DNA of 63,901 nt, the filler included, from Chrysochromulina tobinii (lineage: Eukaryota): NCBI GenBank assembly GCA_001275005.1. It is 11 parts of 11 records of this genome, joined end to end, with 100 filler letters (N's around TTAATTAATTAA, not from the genome) between each part and the next. Parts side by side here need not be neighbours in the genome. Positions count along the whole stretch, not along the records: positions 1 to 15,112 come from JWZX01000119.1; positions 15,213 to 27,637 come from JWZX01000121.1; 9 more parts are not named here. One strand, given 5' to 3'. Below, in pieces: positions 11,091 through 21,059 of this stretch (position 1 is its first letter; the number at the start of each line of letters is the position of its first letter). The notes beneath the pieces are model-generated. The model made no database searches and was not told the DNA's origin. It was given only the letters and a program-made list of their open reading frames with translations. The translations under genes and the position numbers were made by a program.

Positions 11091-11803
11091 CTAGACGTTG
11101 TCGAGCTGCGAAGCAGGCGAGGCACGAGGAGAGTGAGAGCAGTAGGCACGCAAGAATGTGAGACGACGCGAGCCACAGAGTGGGAGTCGGCATGAGCAAC
11201 AGAGTGTGAGGCTCCGAGCGCGCGCGCCTGCTCCTTGACTTTACTGAGGCTCGCGAGCATCGCCTCCAGCTGCTCTTTGCTCATCTCAACGTTCACCTCC
11301 TTCGCAGCCTTGCCAGGGCCTTCGCCCAGGACGAGGCTGAGAAGCATCGCCGGCACGGCGACGCTGCTCCCGTTGGCCGCTGGCTTGCGGTACACCTGCC
11401 AGCTCATCTGATTCAGCTTGGGCATCGTCGAGACGCCGCCCAGGGCCAGGCTCTCAGCACGAAACTGCTCATATCGGTGGAGCAGCACGCGCCCGAGCAG
11501 CTTTTGAAGCTGCTGCGCCTCTTCAGTCTCCGGAAGGTCGCCGAAGAGGGTGGCGATTTTCTCCGCATCCGCCGCCCTTCGGTACACGGCCTCGGTGACG
11601 AGGTTTGCGCCCGCCTGCTGCAGCTGCGTTGCCTCCACCTCCGTGATGCCGAACGAGGCAGCAAGGTCGGCGATGCGGGCGGCGCCAGGACCCTTGAGCA
11701 GCTCGCGCTCCACGTTGCACGCGCAGAGGAACTCATCGATGGCTTGCTTCGACGTCGCCTTGAGCAGCAGCAGGAGCGGCGACGAGCCGCCTTCCGCTGA
11801 CAT
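11091..11803 (-). CDS. COMMD9: COMM-domain protein (COMMD9-like); exons 11803-11228 and 11105-11091
   Basis: LLKATSK N-terminus; COMM domain PKLNQMSWQV..AVPAMLL..VEMSKEQLEAMLASLSKVKEQ; GC-AG intron 11227-11106 then LDNV*. Confidence 0.7.
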
Positions 11804-11963
11804 CGGGGCGGCCGTGGCCCTTCACAAGCGGAAAACTTCGGCAAGATGTGACACAAAACACCAACCACTCAACAACGGCCACAATACATGTACCGCAAGC
11901 CCCGTGTACACGCTCGCTCGCCAATCGAGCGCTCTGAAAGAGGAAAGTGAGCACCAGGATTCA

Positions 11964-13352
11964 ATGCAACTTCGACAGTTCGGAAGGACAGCAGCAGCGG
12001 CGCGGTCCACTAGCCTGCATCGCCGGGGCCGCCGCGGCTACAGCTCGCTGCGCATCGATGACACGCACGATCTGTTGGTCGTCGGCGGCGGCGTCATGGG
12101 AGCGTGGACCGCGATCGCGGCTCGCAAGCGCGGGGCCTCGGTCGTGCTCGCCGATCAATTCTTGCCAGCGCACGATCGCGGCTCGTCGCACGGTGACGGC
12201 CGCATATACCGGCTCGCATACACCGAGGACATTTATGTGGACATGATGCTGCGCTCTCTGCCACTCTGGCACGAGCTGCAGGACTTTGCAGGGCACGAGC
12301 TGCTCGCGCAGACGGGCGGCCTGCAGTTCGCGCCCATCGGCCGCGGAAGGCTCGACGCGCAGGTGAAGACGTACATTCGGCGCGGCATCGAGCACGAGCG
12401 CCTCTCCGCAGGCGAGTTGAACGCGCGCTTCCCGCAGTTCAAGCTTGCCGAGGGCGAAGACGAGGCGCTCTACCAGCCCGAGTTGGGCGTGCTCTTCGCG
12501 ACCAAGTGCGTTGCCGCCGCGTGGCAGTACGCCGAGCACCTCGGCGTGGCACATGTGACGCCCTTTCGCGCGGCTGCGATTCGAAGGGACGCCGGTGGCG
12601 CCGGCGGCAGGGTCGGCGAAGTGGTCGTCGAGGGCGAGGACGGCGTCGCTCTCCGGGCACGCTCGGTCGTCTTCGCGCCGGGCGCTTGGCTCAGCCCGCT
12701 CGCCCAGGCACTCTTTGGTCTCTCGGTGCCCACGCGTGTCACCGCTGAGACCGTCTGCTACTATCGGCCGACAGACGCGTCGAAGGCAGCAGGGATCGAC
12801 CATTCATTCCGTTCGATGCCGGTCTTCATTCCCGAGTATGACAATGGACTTGGCCCGTTTGGATACTACGGCCTGCCCATGATCGACGTACCCGGCATCA
12901 AGTGCTCCGCGCACTACTGCGGCCCCGTCGTGCACGCCGACCGGCGCCCTGTCGCCGCGGGCGGCACACGGACCCCGGGTCTCGTCGACGGCACGGCGGA
13001 GGCGGCGGCCGGCGCGCGCGTCCGCGCCGTCGTGGACTCGACCTCTCGCTTCGTCGCGCAATTCTTCCCACACGTCGAGCCCGAGGCCTTTCTGACCCAG
13101 AGCTGCCTGTACACGACGACGCCCGACCACGACTACATCATCTCGAGGGTGCCAGGCCAGCCGAACGTCGTCCTCGCCGGCGGCGGCTCGGGCCACGCCT
13201 TCAAGATGGGACCCGCCATCGGCGAGGGTGCGGCCGCGCTCGCGCTCGGCGACCAGGCGCCGCCTTACCGGATGGCGCAGTTCGACGTGCAGAGGCTCCT
13301 CGACCTCGGCGAGGGCGCCATGAGCCATGAGGAGAGAGCTGCGCGAAAGTGA
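11964..13352 (+). CDS. Sarcosine oxidase / pipecolate oxidase family flavoprotein
   Basis: VVGGGVMG FAD motif, GSSHGDGRIYR, CLYTTTPD, GGSGHAFKMGP; Arg-rich presequence-like N-terminus. Confidence 0.9.
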   Translation: MQLRQFGRTAAAARSTSLHRRGRRGYSSLRIDDTHDLLVVGGGVMGAWTAIAARKRGASVVLADQFLPAHDRGSSHGDGRIYRLAYTEDIYVDMMLRSLPLWHELQDFAGHELLAQTGGLQFAPIGRGRLDAQVKTYIRRGIEHERLSAGELNARFPQFKLAEGEDEALYQPELGVLFATKCVAAAWQYAEHLGVAHVTPFRAAAIRRDAGGAGGRVGEVVVEGEDGVALRARSVVFAPGAWLSPLAQALFGLSVPTRVTAETVCYYRPTDASKAAGIDHSFRSMPVFIPEYDNGLGPFGYYGLPMIDVPGIKCSAHYCGPVVHADRRPVAAGGTRTPGLVDGTAEAAAGARVRAVVDSTSRFVAQFFPHVEPEAFLTQSCLYTTTPDHDYIISRVPGQPNVVLAGGGSGHAFKMGPAIGEGAAALALGDQAPPYRMAQFDVQRLLDLGEGAMSHEERAARK

Positions 13353-13427
13353 TGGCGATCGTTCTCGCAGGTTCGAGTTTAGCTTCTCTGTTCACAGCAC
13401 TTTCTTTCCCTCCTTCACGCCGCGAAA

Positions 13428-14291
13428 ATGCCGAAGTCGGACGCCATTGCGGATGCGGTCCCGCCGCCTCCGACGCCCGCCTTCTTGGATGCGATTGCGC
13501 GTGCCGACATTCACCGCCAGGGCCAGCGACACTCCCAGGCAGCCGAGGCGCTCCTCGAGGCCGCAGCTCTTCAACAAGACGACCCGCGGCCCCACTTCCA
13601 GCTTGCGATGGCGCAGACAGCGGCGGGGCAACTTGAGGCGGCCGCACGCTCTGCGCTCCGCGCTGTCGAGCTCGCGCCCGCGGGCCACCTCGGGGTGCTT
13701 CCCGACGAGATCCGGGCGTCGGGCATCTCCGCGCCTCGCGGCATCTATCCGCAGCTCGGCCTTCGAGCGGCAATCATGGCCTTCGACTTGCTCTCCAAGC
13801 CCGTCGCGGACGCCGTGCCGCGGCCGATCTGGTGGAATGACAAGGAGCTCCTGCGCATGTCGGAACGCGCCCTGCAAGATTCGCCCGAGTCCCAATTCGC
13901 GGTCGCCACGCGAGTGCGGGTACTGATGGGCGTCGGCCAGCTCATGGCCGATGGCAGCCCTAGGGGCTGGTACTTGCAACAGCGCACGCCGCCTCAGCTG
14001 CGCGAGCTCGCGCGCCTGCTCAAAAAGCAGGCGACGTTTGAGCCGGCGGGCTCCCTCAAGGCTGTGCAGCAGCTCCGGAATGCCGCCACCATCCTCGAGA
14101 AGGCCATGGAGATCGAGCAGGCCGAGAGGGAGATCAGGCGCGCCGAGCAGATTGCATCTGCGACCGAGGCGCGGATCGCCTCTGCCTCGTTTGCGCGGCA
14201 GCAGCCAGATGAGCCCAACCTCGCGCTGCCGGAGCCGCCCAACCTCGGGCACCAGCCGATGGTCGAGGCCGTGCCACCGCTCCGAGCTTGA
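13428..14291 (+). CDS. Hypothetical TPR-like helical protein
   Basis: 287-aa ORF; DPRPHFQLAMAQTAAGQLEAAARSALRAVELAP resembles a TPR unit. Confidence 0.55.
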   Translation: MPKSDAIADAVPPPPTPAFLDAIARADIHRQGQRHSQAAEALLEAAALQQDDPRPHFQLAMAQTAAGQLEAAARSALRAVELAPAGHLGVLPDEIRASGISAPRGIYPQLGLRAAIMAFDLLSKPVADAVPRPIWWNDKELLRMSERALQDSPESQFAVATRVRVLMGVGQLMADGSPRGWYLQQRTPPQLRELARLLKKQATFEPAGSLKAVQQLRNAATILEKAMEIEQAEREIRRAEQIASATEARIASASFARQQPDEPNLALPEPPNLGHQPMVEAVPPLRA

Positions 14292-14825
14292 ACCATTTGA
14301 ACCAAGAACCCTGGCGAATATGCAAGTGATCGTGGCGCGCTCGTAGTACCCGCTGCCTGCCCCTGGCGCCTCGGGGGACCGCGTCGCGCTTTCATGTATA
14401 TTTCATGTACGGGCCACAGTCCACATGCTCATCAAGGCGCATGTTCCGTTTGCAGTAACTCATGTTTTCACTGCTGCAACTGAGTTTCGCTGTTAGCATA
14501 TAACCGAACGCGAGCACTCGCGCCCTCTGGAACAACTATAGCAGTACGAGCCACCGCCACCGGCGCGACCCAGACGCCACGCGATAGCGCGCGACCCGCC
14601 GGCACCCGCGCTCAAGACCACTCTTCACACACGCAAAGACCGCGGACAGAAGGGACGACCAAGGGCTCCCGAGTCAATCTATGTAGGTCATCGGACGCGG
14701 TCGGAAGCGGTCGGACCCGTTCAGCGCGTCGGAATATCACTCGCTTGACGCGAGCGCTCGGTGCAGGGACGTAACACCGCGCCTGCACATCATGGTTCAT
14801 GCACAGGACGCAGATGAGAGCGCTC

Positions 14826-15112
14826 TCATGTACCGGTCGACTCGCCCTCATGCACGGGTCGAAGGTCGAAGAGGGAGGGGCGGCGGCGGCGGCCCGAGGG
14901 CGAGATGACTGAGTGCGTCGAAGGCGAGATGGCCGACCGGAAGACGAGCCCCGTCCGCTTGTGGCCGAGTAGCTGCCGTCGTGCGCAGCCCAGCTGGACA
15001 ATTTTCTCAAAGTCGCGCCGCAGTTCGGCTTGGCTCGAGACCAGATCGAGGAATTCGTCAAAATCGAGGACGCCATTACCATCCCGGTCGGCGGCGCAAA
15101 AGATGGATGCGA
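14826..15112 (-). CDS. EF-hand protein, 3' fragment (5' end in gap)
   Basis: Minus frame from the gap reads ASIFCAADRDGNGVLDFDEFLDL, a canonical EF loop. Confidence 0.65.
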
Positions 15113-15249
15113 NNNNNNNNNNNNNNNNNNNNNNNNNNNNNNNNNNNNNNNNNNNNTTAATTAATTAANNNNNNNNNNNNNNNNNNNNNNNNNNNNNNNN
15201 NNNNNNNNNNNNCGCACTCGGTGTGTGAGTTCGCGTAAACGTTTCTTGG

Positions 15250-17439
15250 GTGGAAGGCCCGCGTCTAGCGTTTCACAGACTGTACTCCAGGCGGTCTGGT
15301 AGCGCTCCCGCGGGAGCTTTCGCGAGCGACGGTTTTTCAGCCGGTTCGATGGCCGACGTGAGCACACTGCTGACACGCGAGGCTGTCCTCTCAGACTCCC
15401 TTCTTCGAGCCACGCGAGCGTCGGTGGCCACGCGCGATCCACAGCGTATCTTGCAAGAACTAGTCGCACTCGATGTTCGCCTTCGGGCTTGGGCGAAGAA
15501 GGCTCTCTCAGATAGCGTCGCACGTGGCGCTGCGCAGATGCTGGTGGCGAGTTTGCGAGGCGGCTCTCAAGACGTGTTGTTGGCCGTGCGCCGATGCCGC
15601 CTTCGAGCCCGGTGCAGTCTTTTGCGGACTTTCGAGTTCCTCAGCAAAGAGCGGCTCCAGCTGGCAGAGGAGGCAGCGGTTCTTTTGGGATCGCACGTGC
15701 GACAGCTGATTCAGCGGCATGCCTATTTACGTCAGCGTTTAAGTGTGAGCCGTTCCAAGGCGGATGCCGAAAATATGCTTGTCGCTGGCCATCGCATCGC
15801 CCCGAAGCACCCGCACCAGAGCCACGACGCGCACAAGGCGCGCGTGCTCGGGAGCTTCCGATCGGACCAAGCCGCGCTGCTAGCTGTCGAGCAGCGGCTG
15901 CGGAGTGTGGGTACATTGCAGCTGGGTGCGGCCTTCAAGGCCCCACTGGCAACGCTGCCGGGCTCAAGTTTCCAGACGTCTCTCGACTACAACCGCATCG
16001 TTCGTGACAGCGCAGCCGTCGGCCAGCTTGACGCCCTGTCGCGAGCGGCGAGCCGCGCGGCGGACCACTCGGCGGAGCTGGAGGACAAGGAGCTGGAGGG
16101 CTTGTGCACAGGGCAGGCTAGTACAATCGAAATGCCCCCGCTGTGCGATCTGCCCGCCTGGCAAGTTGGAGAGCGCCGGCGGCGTGCAGCGGTCCGAGCC
16201 AATGGGATCGTTCGCACGGCGCAAATGGCCATGCTTGCGAAGGAGCGAACCGCCTTCGAGGCTCGCGCACGCGTGCTCGAGGCGCTTCTGAGCACACAGT
16301 CGACGCTGCGCAAGCTGGCCAGCGCCGGCCAGACTTTCGACGGTGGTGGCGTGGCTGCGGAACCGCCCACGCCCACGCCCGTGCCGGCCGCCGCCCCAGC
16401 TTCGGCCCCAGGGCCAAAGGAGGCCGAGGAAGCAGAGGCGGCAGACGAGTCGGAGGTGGTCCCTGCCACCACTTTGACCGCGCGCCGGCATCGCAGCCGC
16501 CTCAATTTGACGTCACCCGAGGGCGCTGCTAGCAGGCTGTCCGCGCCCGCGTGGAGCGCCCCGCTCCATAGCCTCCTGCGAGACCTCGAGCTCCTCGATC
16601 TGGAGGAGCCCGCGGAGCTCGAGGCAGCGTCGGCCGAGCCGGGGGCGGCGGTCACATCCGTATTGCCAGAGTCACCAGCGCCAGTGTCTCCAGTACTGGG
16701 TCGACCTGCCTCGGACCTCTCGGATTTATCGGAGCGGGGGGTCTCACCGGGGGGGGGCTCACCAGGGCTTGGAGTTGCTGTGGCGATGGCACCGCTGCTT
16801 CAGGCCATGGCTCACTCGCTCTCAAGCCTGCGTCTCGTCACGGCGGAAGGTGCACCTGCCATGGCAGCCACCACACAGCCTCCCCGGTTCGTGCGAACAC
16901 CCACGAACGCGCCAACGCAACCCCCAACGCACCCGCATCCGCCGTTGAGGCTCTCAGCGGCGGCGCCCACGGCGGCCCGAGGGGAGGCCCGCCCTCCAGA
17001 ACTGGGCCCGCCGCTTTGGCGCCCGCCACCCGCCGTGACATCGGCTGCGCCGGCCATGCCGCCGGCGCCCCTGCCGGCTGGGCCCCTGCCGACGCGCCCT
17101 AAGCCGCTAGCACGGGCGATGAGCAGCCATTTGGGAAAAGAGTCAATAGCCCCGGCCTGGATTCCATCGGGCCGGCCGTCCGGTCTTCTGCGGCCCACCT
17201 CCGCGACGGTCCCGAGAGCCCCGAGGGTCTTCGAAGCCTCACTGCGTACGCGTGGCGAGACGATCCGGCGGGCGCCGAGCCTTTGCAGGGATGGTACGAT
17301 GGCCGGCGGGGTGCCAGAGCGCACTACCGAGCGGCTCGCGAGGGTGGAAAGAGTTGTGGAAACTGTGCTCCTCCCGCTCGAAACGCCGAATGCGCGCCGT
17401 GTCCAACTCGCCAGACGCGCGCCCTGCTGGGTAGAGTGA
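15250..17439 (+). CDS. Hypothetical coiled-coil / Pro-rich protein
   Basis: 729-codon ORF, helical N-terminal half and low-complexity C-terminal half; no recognisable domain. Confidence 0.5.
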   Translation: MEGPRLAFHRLYSRRSGSAPAGAFASDGFSAGSMADVSTLLTREAVLSDSLLRATRASVATRDPQRILQELVALDVRLRAWAKKALSDSVARGAAQMLVASLRGGSQDVLLAVRRCRLRARCSLLRTFEFLSKERLQLAEEAAVLLGSHVRQLIQRHAYLRQRLSVSRSKADAENMLVAGHRIAPKHPHQSHDAHKARVLGSFRSDQAALLAVEQRLRSVGTLQLGAAFKAPLATLPGSSFQTSLDYNRIVRDSAAVGQLDALSRAASRAADHSAELEDKELEGLCTGQASTIEMPPLCDLPAWQVGERRRRAAVRANGIVRTAQMAMLAKERTAFEARARVLEALLSTQSTLRKLASAGQTFDGGGVAAEPPTPTPVPAAAPASAPGPKEAEEAEAADESEVVPATTLTARRHRSRLNLTSPEGAASRLSAPAWSAPLHSLLRDLELLDLEEPAELEAASAEPGAAVTSVLPESPAPVSPVLGRPASDLSDLSERGVSPGGGSPGLGVAVAMAPLLQAMAHSLSSLRLVTAEGAPAMAATTQPPRFVRTPTNAPTQPPTHPHPPLRLSAAAPTAARGEARPPELGPPLWRPPPAVTSAAPAMPPAPLPAGPLPTRPKPLARAMSSHLGKESIAPAWIPSGRPSGLLRPTSATVPRAPRVFEASLRTRGETIRRAPSLCRDGTMAGGVPERTTERLARVERVVETVLLPLETPNARRVQLARRAPCWVE

Positions 17440-17935
17440 ACGCGAAAAGCCAGATCGAACACGGGCATGGAACTACGCCGGGTCCACCCACGAGAAGCTA
17501 TTTCGTCGAGAGGAAAGGAGGAGTGTACCGCGGTGTTCAAAGAGGCAGGGCCAGGGGACTGGGGGGTCGCTCAGGGGTATTCTCGTGTCCGATCGCGGCT
17601 GTGCCGCGCTGATCTGCAACCTCGCATGTTCTCAGATGGTACGGGAGGCTCAACGAAACCGAATGCGCGTACGCGTGTACCGACCTCTCGTAGATCTTAC
17701 ACGTGGAGATGCATCTGCGTTTTCATACGAAATTGTACGGGCGTCACGTCAAAATTGATGCCCGGGAGCCGGGACGCGCGCGGCGCGGTGCTGGGAATTT
17801 CCTATTAAGAGCTAAGTCCCTATAAGTGTCTCGCGAAGAGTATGTATTCCCCAAGCCCAATCGATTGCTGCCACGACCTGGCATACTCGGGAGAAAATCT
17901 TGCTGCGCGTGCGTCGACCGCGATGATTGCGTCAC

Positions 17936-20452
17936 TCAGACCTCACGGTGGCCTATCTTCACGGACGAGTCGGGCGCCATCATGAGGCTGCGCTGCACGT
18001 CGTCGCGCTGCTCAACCTCGAGCGGCATGTAGCGCGTCTGCGCGATCAGCTTCGGCTGCACGATGTCCTTACCGAAGAACTTGGTGTTCGGCGCGCTCAA
18101 CTCGCGCATCGAACCGCCCGCGAGCGCGCGCTGGTCGCTCACTTTGTCCCAGTACTTGTTGTACTGATCGGGCGCGTTCGCCGAGTCGTGATATCCGAGC
18201 TTCAAGTGCTCCTCGGGCCCCTTCAGCCGAATGACCTCCTCCGCCTTGAGAGCGGCGATCTGCTTGCGCGAGATCCTCTCGGCGGCATGGAGGCGCCCGA
18301 GCGAGTCCAGTGCGCCGACCATTGGGTTGTACCGGCGTGTCGACACGAAGTCGCCTCCGCGCGTGTACCCTGTGGGCGTATTGATCGAGTAGTACTCGTG
18401 GAAGGGCTTGATTTCGTCCGTCAGCTCGCCGCCCGTCTTGCGTATCAAGCCCTCTGCGTCGAGCCGGTTGCGCTCATGCGGATCCGAGAGCACGCTGTAC
18501 GCTATGCGAACGCGCCGGAACCGCGTGGCTGCCTGCTCTTTCTCGGCCTCATCGGACCCATCGAGCTTATCCGGGTGGAGCTGCAGTGCGAGCTTTCGAA
18601 AGGCTGCCTTGATCTGCACGGCGTTCGCGTCCTTGGGTACGTCAAGGACTGCATACGGGTCGAGCCGCTCGTTCTCGAACTCGATCAGGCCGCCCTTACG
18701 CCCGTCAGCGCCACTCTCAACCTCCTTGGCATGCTCGAGTCCCGCCACCGCCGCTGCATTCCCAGGATCGCGCTCCAGGATGGCCTCGTACTCGTCCACA
18801 GCCCCACTTAGGTCGCCGAGCTCGGCCTTGAATGAGGCCCGGCGCAGCTGCAGCTTCGTGGCGTCGGAGTCGATCGCGAGCGCGCGCTCGCAGTCCGCGA
18901 GCGCGAGCGAGAACGAGCGCACCTTAGCGTACGCCTGGCTACGGTTGCCCAGGAGCGCCGGCTCGAGCGCTCCCTCGATGTCCACACGCAGCGCTTCCGA
19001 GTACAAGGTGATCGCGCGCTCGTACTGTCCCGCACCGTACGCGGCGTTGCCCTCGGCCTTGAGGGAGCGCGCCTGGCGCAGTGTATGCAGCGCTGTGGAG
19101 GCACGCTCGAGCCCCGCACGCGCGACCTCCGAACGTGTGCACAGGGCACCTGCCTTGCCGAGCACCTCAAGGCCAAGGAGCTGCGCCTCGGCTTCGTCTG
19201 GCCTGCCCCGGCGCGCGAGCAGGCGGGCTAGCGTGACGACGGCAGAGGGCAGCGTTGCACCATGCTTGGCCACGGCATCTCGTGCCTCGTCCACCGCCTC
19301 CTCGAGCCGGCCCTCCGCCTCCAGCGCTGCCAGCGCTAGCTCGCTCCCCAGCAGCGAGGCCGGACATGCCTGGCGCACAAAGCGGGCGGCCTGCAGCGCC
19401 TCGACAGTACGCCTCTCCTGAACGCATCTACGCGCGCGCGCCACCTGCTCGAGCGCGTAACTGAGCTTCACCTGCAGCTCATGCGCACGTACGCCCACCG
19501 CCGCCGCCGCCGCCGCCGCCGCTGCCGCTGTCGCCGCCGCCGCCGCCGCCGCCGCAGTCACCGCTCCTGCAGCCGGCGGCGGCGGCTCTGGCGAGGCCGC
19601 CTGTGGCGACGCATGGGCGGGCGCGAGGGCTGCGGCACACAACTCGAGTGCGTCGTCGAGTGCTCCGAGCTGCTGACAGCACTCGGCAGCCCGCAGGCGC
19701 GCCTCGGCCTGCAGCGGATGTGGAGGCAGCGCGAGCAGCGCGCGCAGATGCTCGAGAGCGCGAGCCGGGGCGGGAAACGTCTGGACGGTCGCACAGGTCG
19801 CCAGTCGCGAGAGCAGCTCCGGAGAGTTGGGGCACAGGCACAGCGCCTGCGCGTACCAGCGCTCGGCGCCGCTGACGTCCTTGCGCCCCAAAGCCTCGTC
19901 GCCGAGTTTGTGAAACAGCTCGGCTTGCTGCGCTGAGGCGTCATCAGCAGCTGCCCTCTTAGTGGTGGTGGTGGAAGACGTGACCTCAGCGGCAGGTGGC
20001 ACAACGGACACGCTGGCAAGGCTGTTTCGCACAGCCGGTGGCGGCGGCGCTACTGCGGCGCTGGCCGGCGGCAGCTTGGGCACACTTAGCAACGCAAGGT
20101 CAGCTTCAGCCGAAGCCGGCTGAGGCAGGTCGTCGAGTTCGAGCATCGTGGTGCCTGCGAGCTGGCCCCAAACGCCGTCCTTCGTTGCACTATCCGGTGC
20201 CATGGGTGACGCAGTCGACGTGGGAGCCGCCATGAGCTCGCATGTCAGCAGGATCGCCAGCCGCTGGCGCACGCCCATCTTGCTGCAGCCCGCTTGCTTG
20301 AGCACCTCGAGGAGCTCCTTCTTGTCGATCACGCCACGCCTAATCGCGTTGAGCTGGTCGAGTCGATCAACTAGGCTGGCCGTGTACTCGGAGAGCGACG
20401 CGGCAGCCAGCGCGGCCTCTAGTCTGCTGGCGCTAAGGTTGCCCGACGCCAT
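17936..20452 (-). CDS. TPR-repeat + J-domain protein (DNAJC7-like architecture) with a SAM-like N-terminal segment
   Basis: KAEGNAAYGAGQYERAITLYSEAL TPR; DPYAVLDV..IKAAFRKLALQLHPDK J domain; LKQAGCSKMGVRQRL SAM-like. Confidence 0.85.
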   Translation of the reverse strand: MASGNLSASRLEAALAAASLSEYTASLVDRLDQLNAIRRGVIDKKELLEVLKQAGCSKMGVRQRLAILLTCELMAAPTSTASPMAPDSATKDGVWGQLAGTTMLELDDLPQPASAEADLALLSVPKLPPASAAVAPPPPAVRNSLASVSVVPPAAEVTSSTTTTKRAAADDASAQQAELFHKLGDEALGRKDVSGAERWYAQALCLCPNSPELLSRLATCATVQTFPAPARALEHLRALLALPPHPLQAEARLRAAECCQQLGALDDALELCAAALAPAHASPQAASPEPPPPAAGAVTAAAAAAAATAAAAAAAAAAVGVRAHELQVKLSYALEQVARARRCVQERRTVEALQAARFVRQACPASLLGSELALAALEAEGRLEEAVDEARDAVAKHGATLPSAVVTLARLLARRGRPDEAEAQLLGLEVLGKAGALCTRSEVARAGLERASTALHTLRQARSLKAEGNAAYGAGQYERAITLYSEALRVDIEGALEPALLGNRSQAYAKVRSFSLALADCERALAIDSDATKLQLRRASFKAELGDLSGAVDEYEAILERDPGNAAAVAGLEHAKEVESGADGRKGGLIEFENERLDPYAVLDVPKDANAVQIKAAFRKLALQLHPDKLDGSDEAEKEQAATRFRRVRIAYSVLSDPHERNRLDAEGLIRKTGGELTDEIKPFHEYYSINTPTGYTRGGDFVSTRRYNPMVGALDSLGRLHAAERISRKQIAALKAEEVIRLKGPEEHLKLGYHDSANAPDQYNKYWDKVSDQRALAGGSMRELSAPNTKFFGKDIVQPKLIAQTRYMPLEVEQRDDVQRSLMMAPDSSVKIGHREV

Positions 20453-21059
20453 CGAGCACCTGTGAAGTCTGTGAAGGTCAAACTTCCAAGAACTACCAAA
20501 TCGAGACCCGCGGAGATCAAAACGGGTCGACACAGTCTGTGTCTCAAACAACTCAACTCACTCAACCGGAGGGTTTACATTTCTCGACTCCACGAAACTT
20601 GTATCATGCTCAATCATCGTGTCACGTCTTTCACGGATCACACGTGGACGTGCGTGTGGAATAATTACTCACGTTCACGTTCACGTTCACGTTAAAATGC
20701 CATCACGGCAAGACGCACAGCCACAGGCCCCGTGGAGACCCATCGTGGGGGGCGCAAGGTGCGGCACACACGCACTCGGACACACACGCGCGCGCCACAC
20801 GCAACCACAAACACCGGATCGAGGAGGAATAATTACTGGCATCAAAATAGCATCAAAATGAAATTTGTCAAATTTGTGATTACCTACGGTATCCGATACA
20901 ACATACATTATTGTCTAGAGCTAATTTGGATGCGCGCGCGTTCGAACGCGCGACCGCCGGACCACCGCACCCTCGACCCGCCCCCACGGCCCCCAGAGAG
21001 TGCCGGACAGCGAGCGGAGACAGCTCGAGGTGGACACGCCGTCAAGCAGCTCCAGGCTG

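Noticed and set aside
11550..11963. N-terminal extension of the oxidase ORF overlapping the COMMD gene; similar extensions at 23563 and 23771
   Set aside because: Alternative-start artefacts; homology begins at downstream ATGs.
15113..15212. N-run + TTAATTAATTAA + N-run, recurring ten times through the window
   Set aside because: Artificial contig linker with stops in all six frames; ORFs ending in X..LIN are artefacts and gene order across linkers is not evidence.
20669..20693. (CACGTT)4 microsatellite and other small tandem duplications (36989-37030, 51372-51408, 58649-58795, 62237-62290)
   Set aside because: Explicable by ordinary slippage; no shared filler motif.
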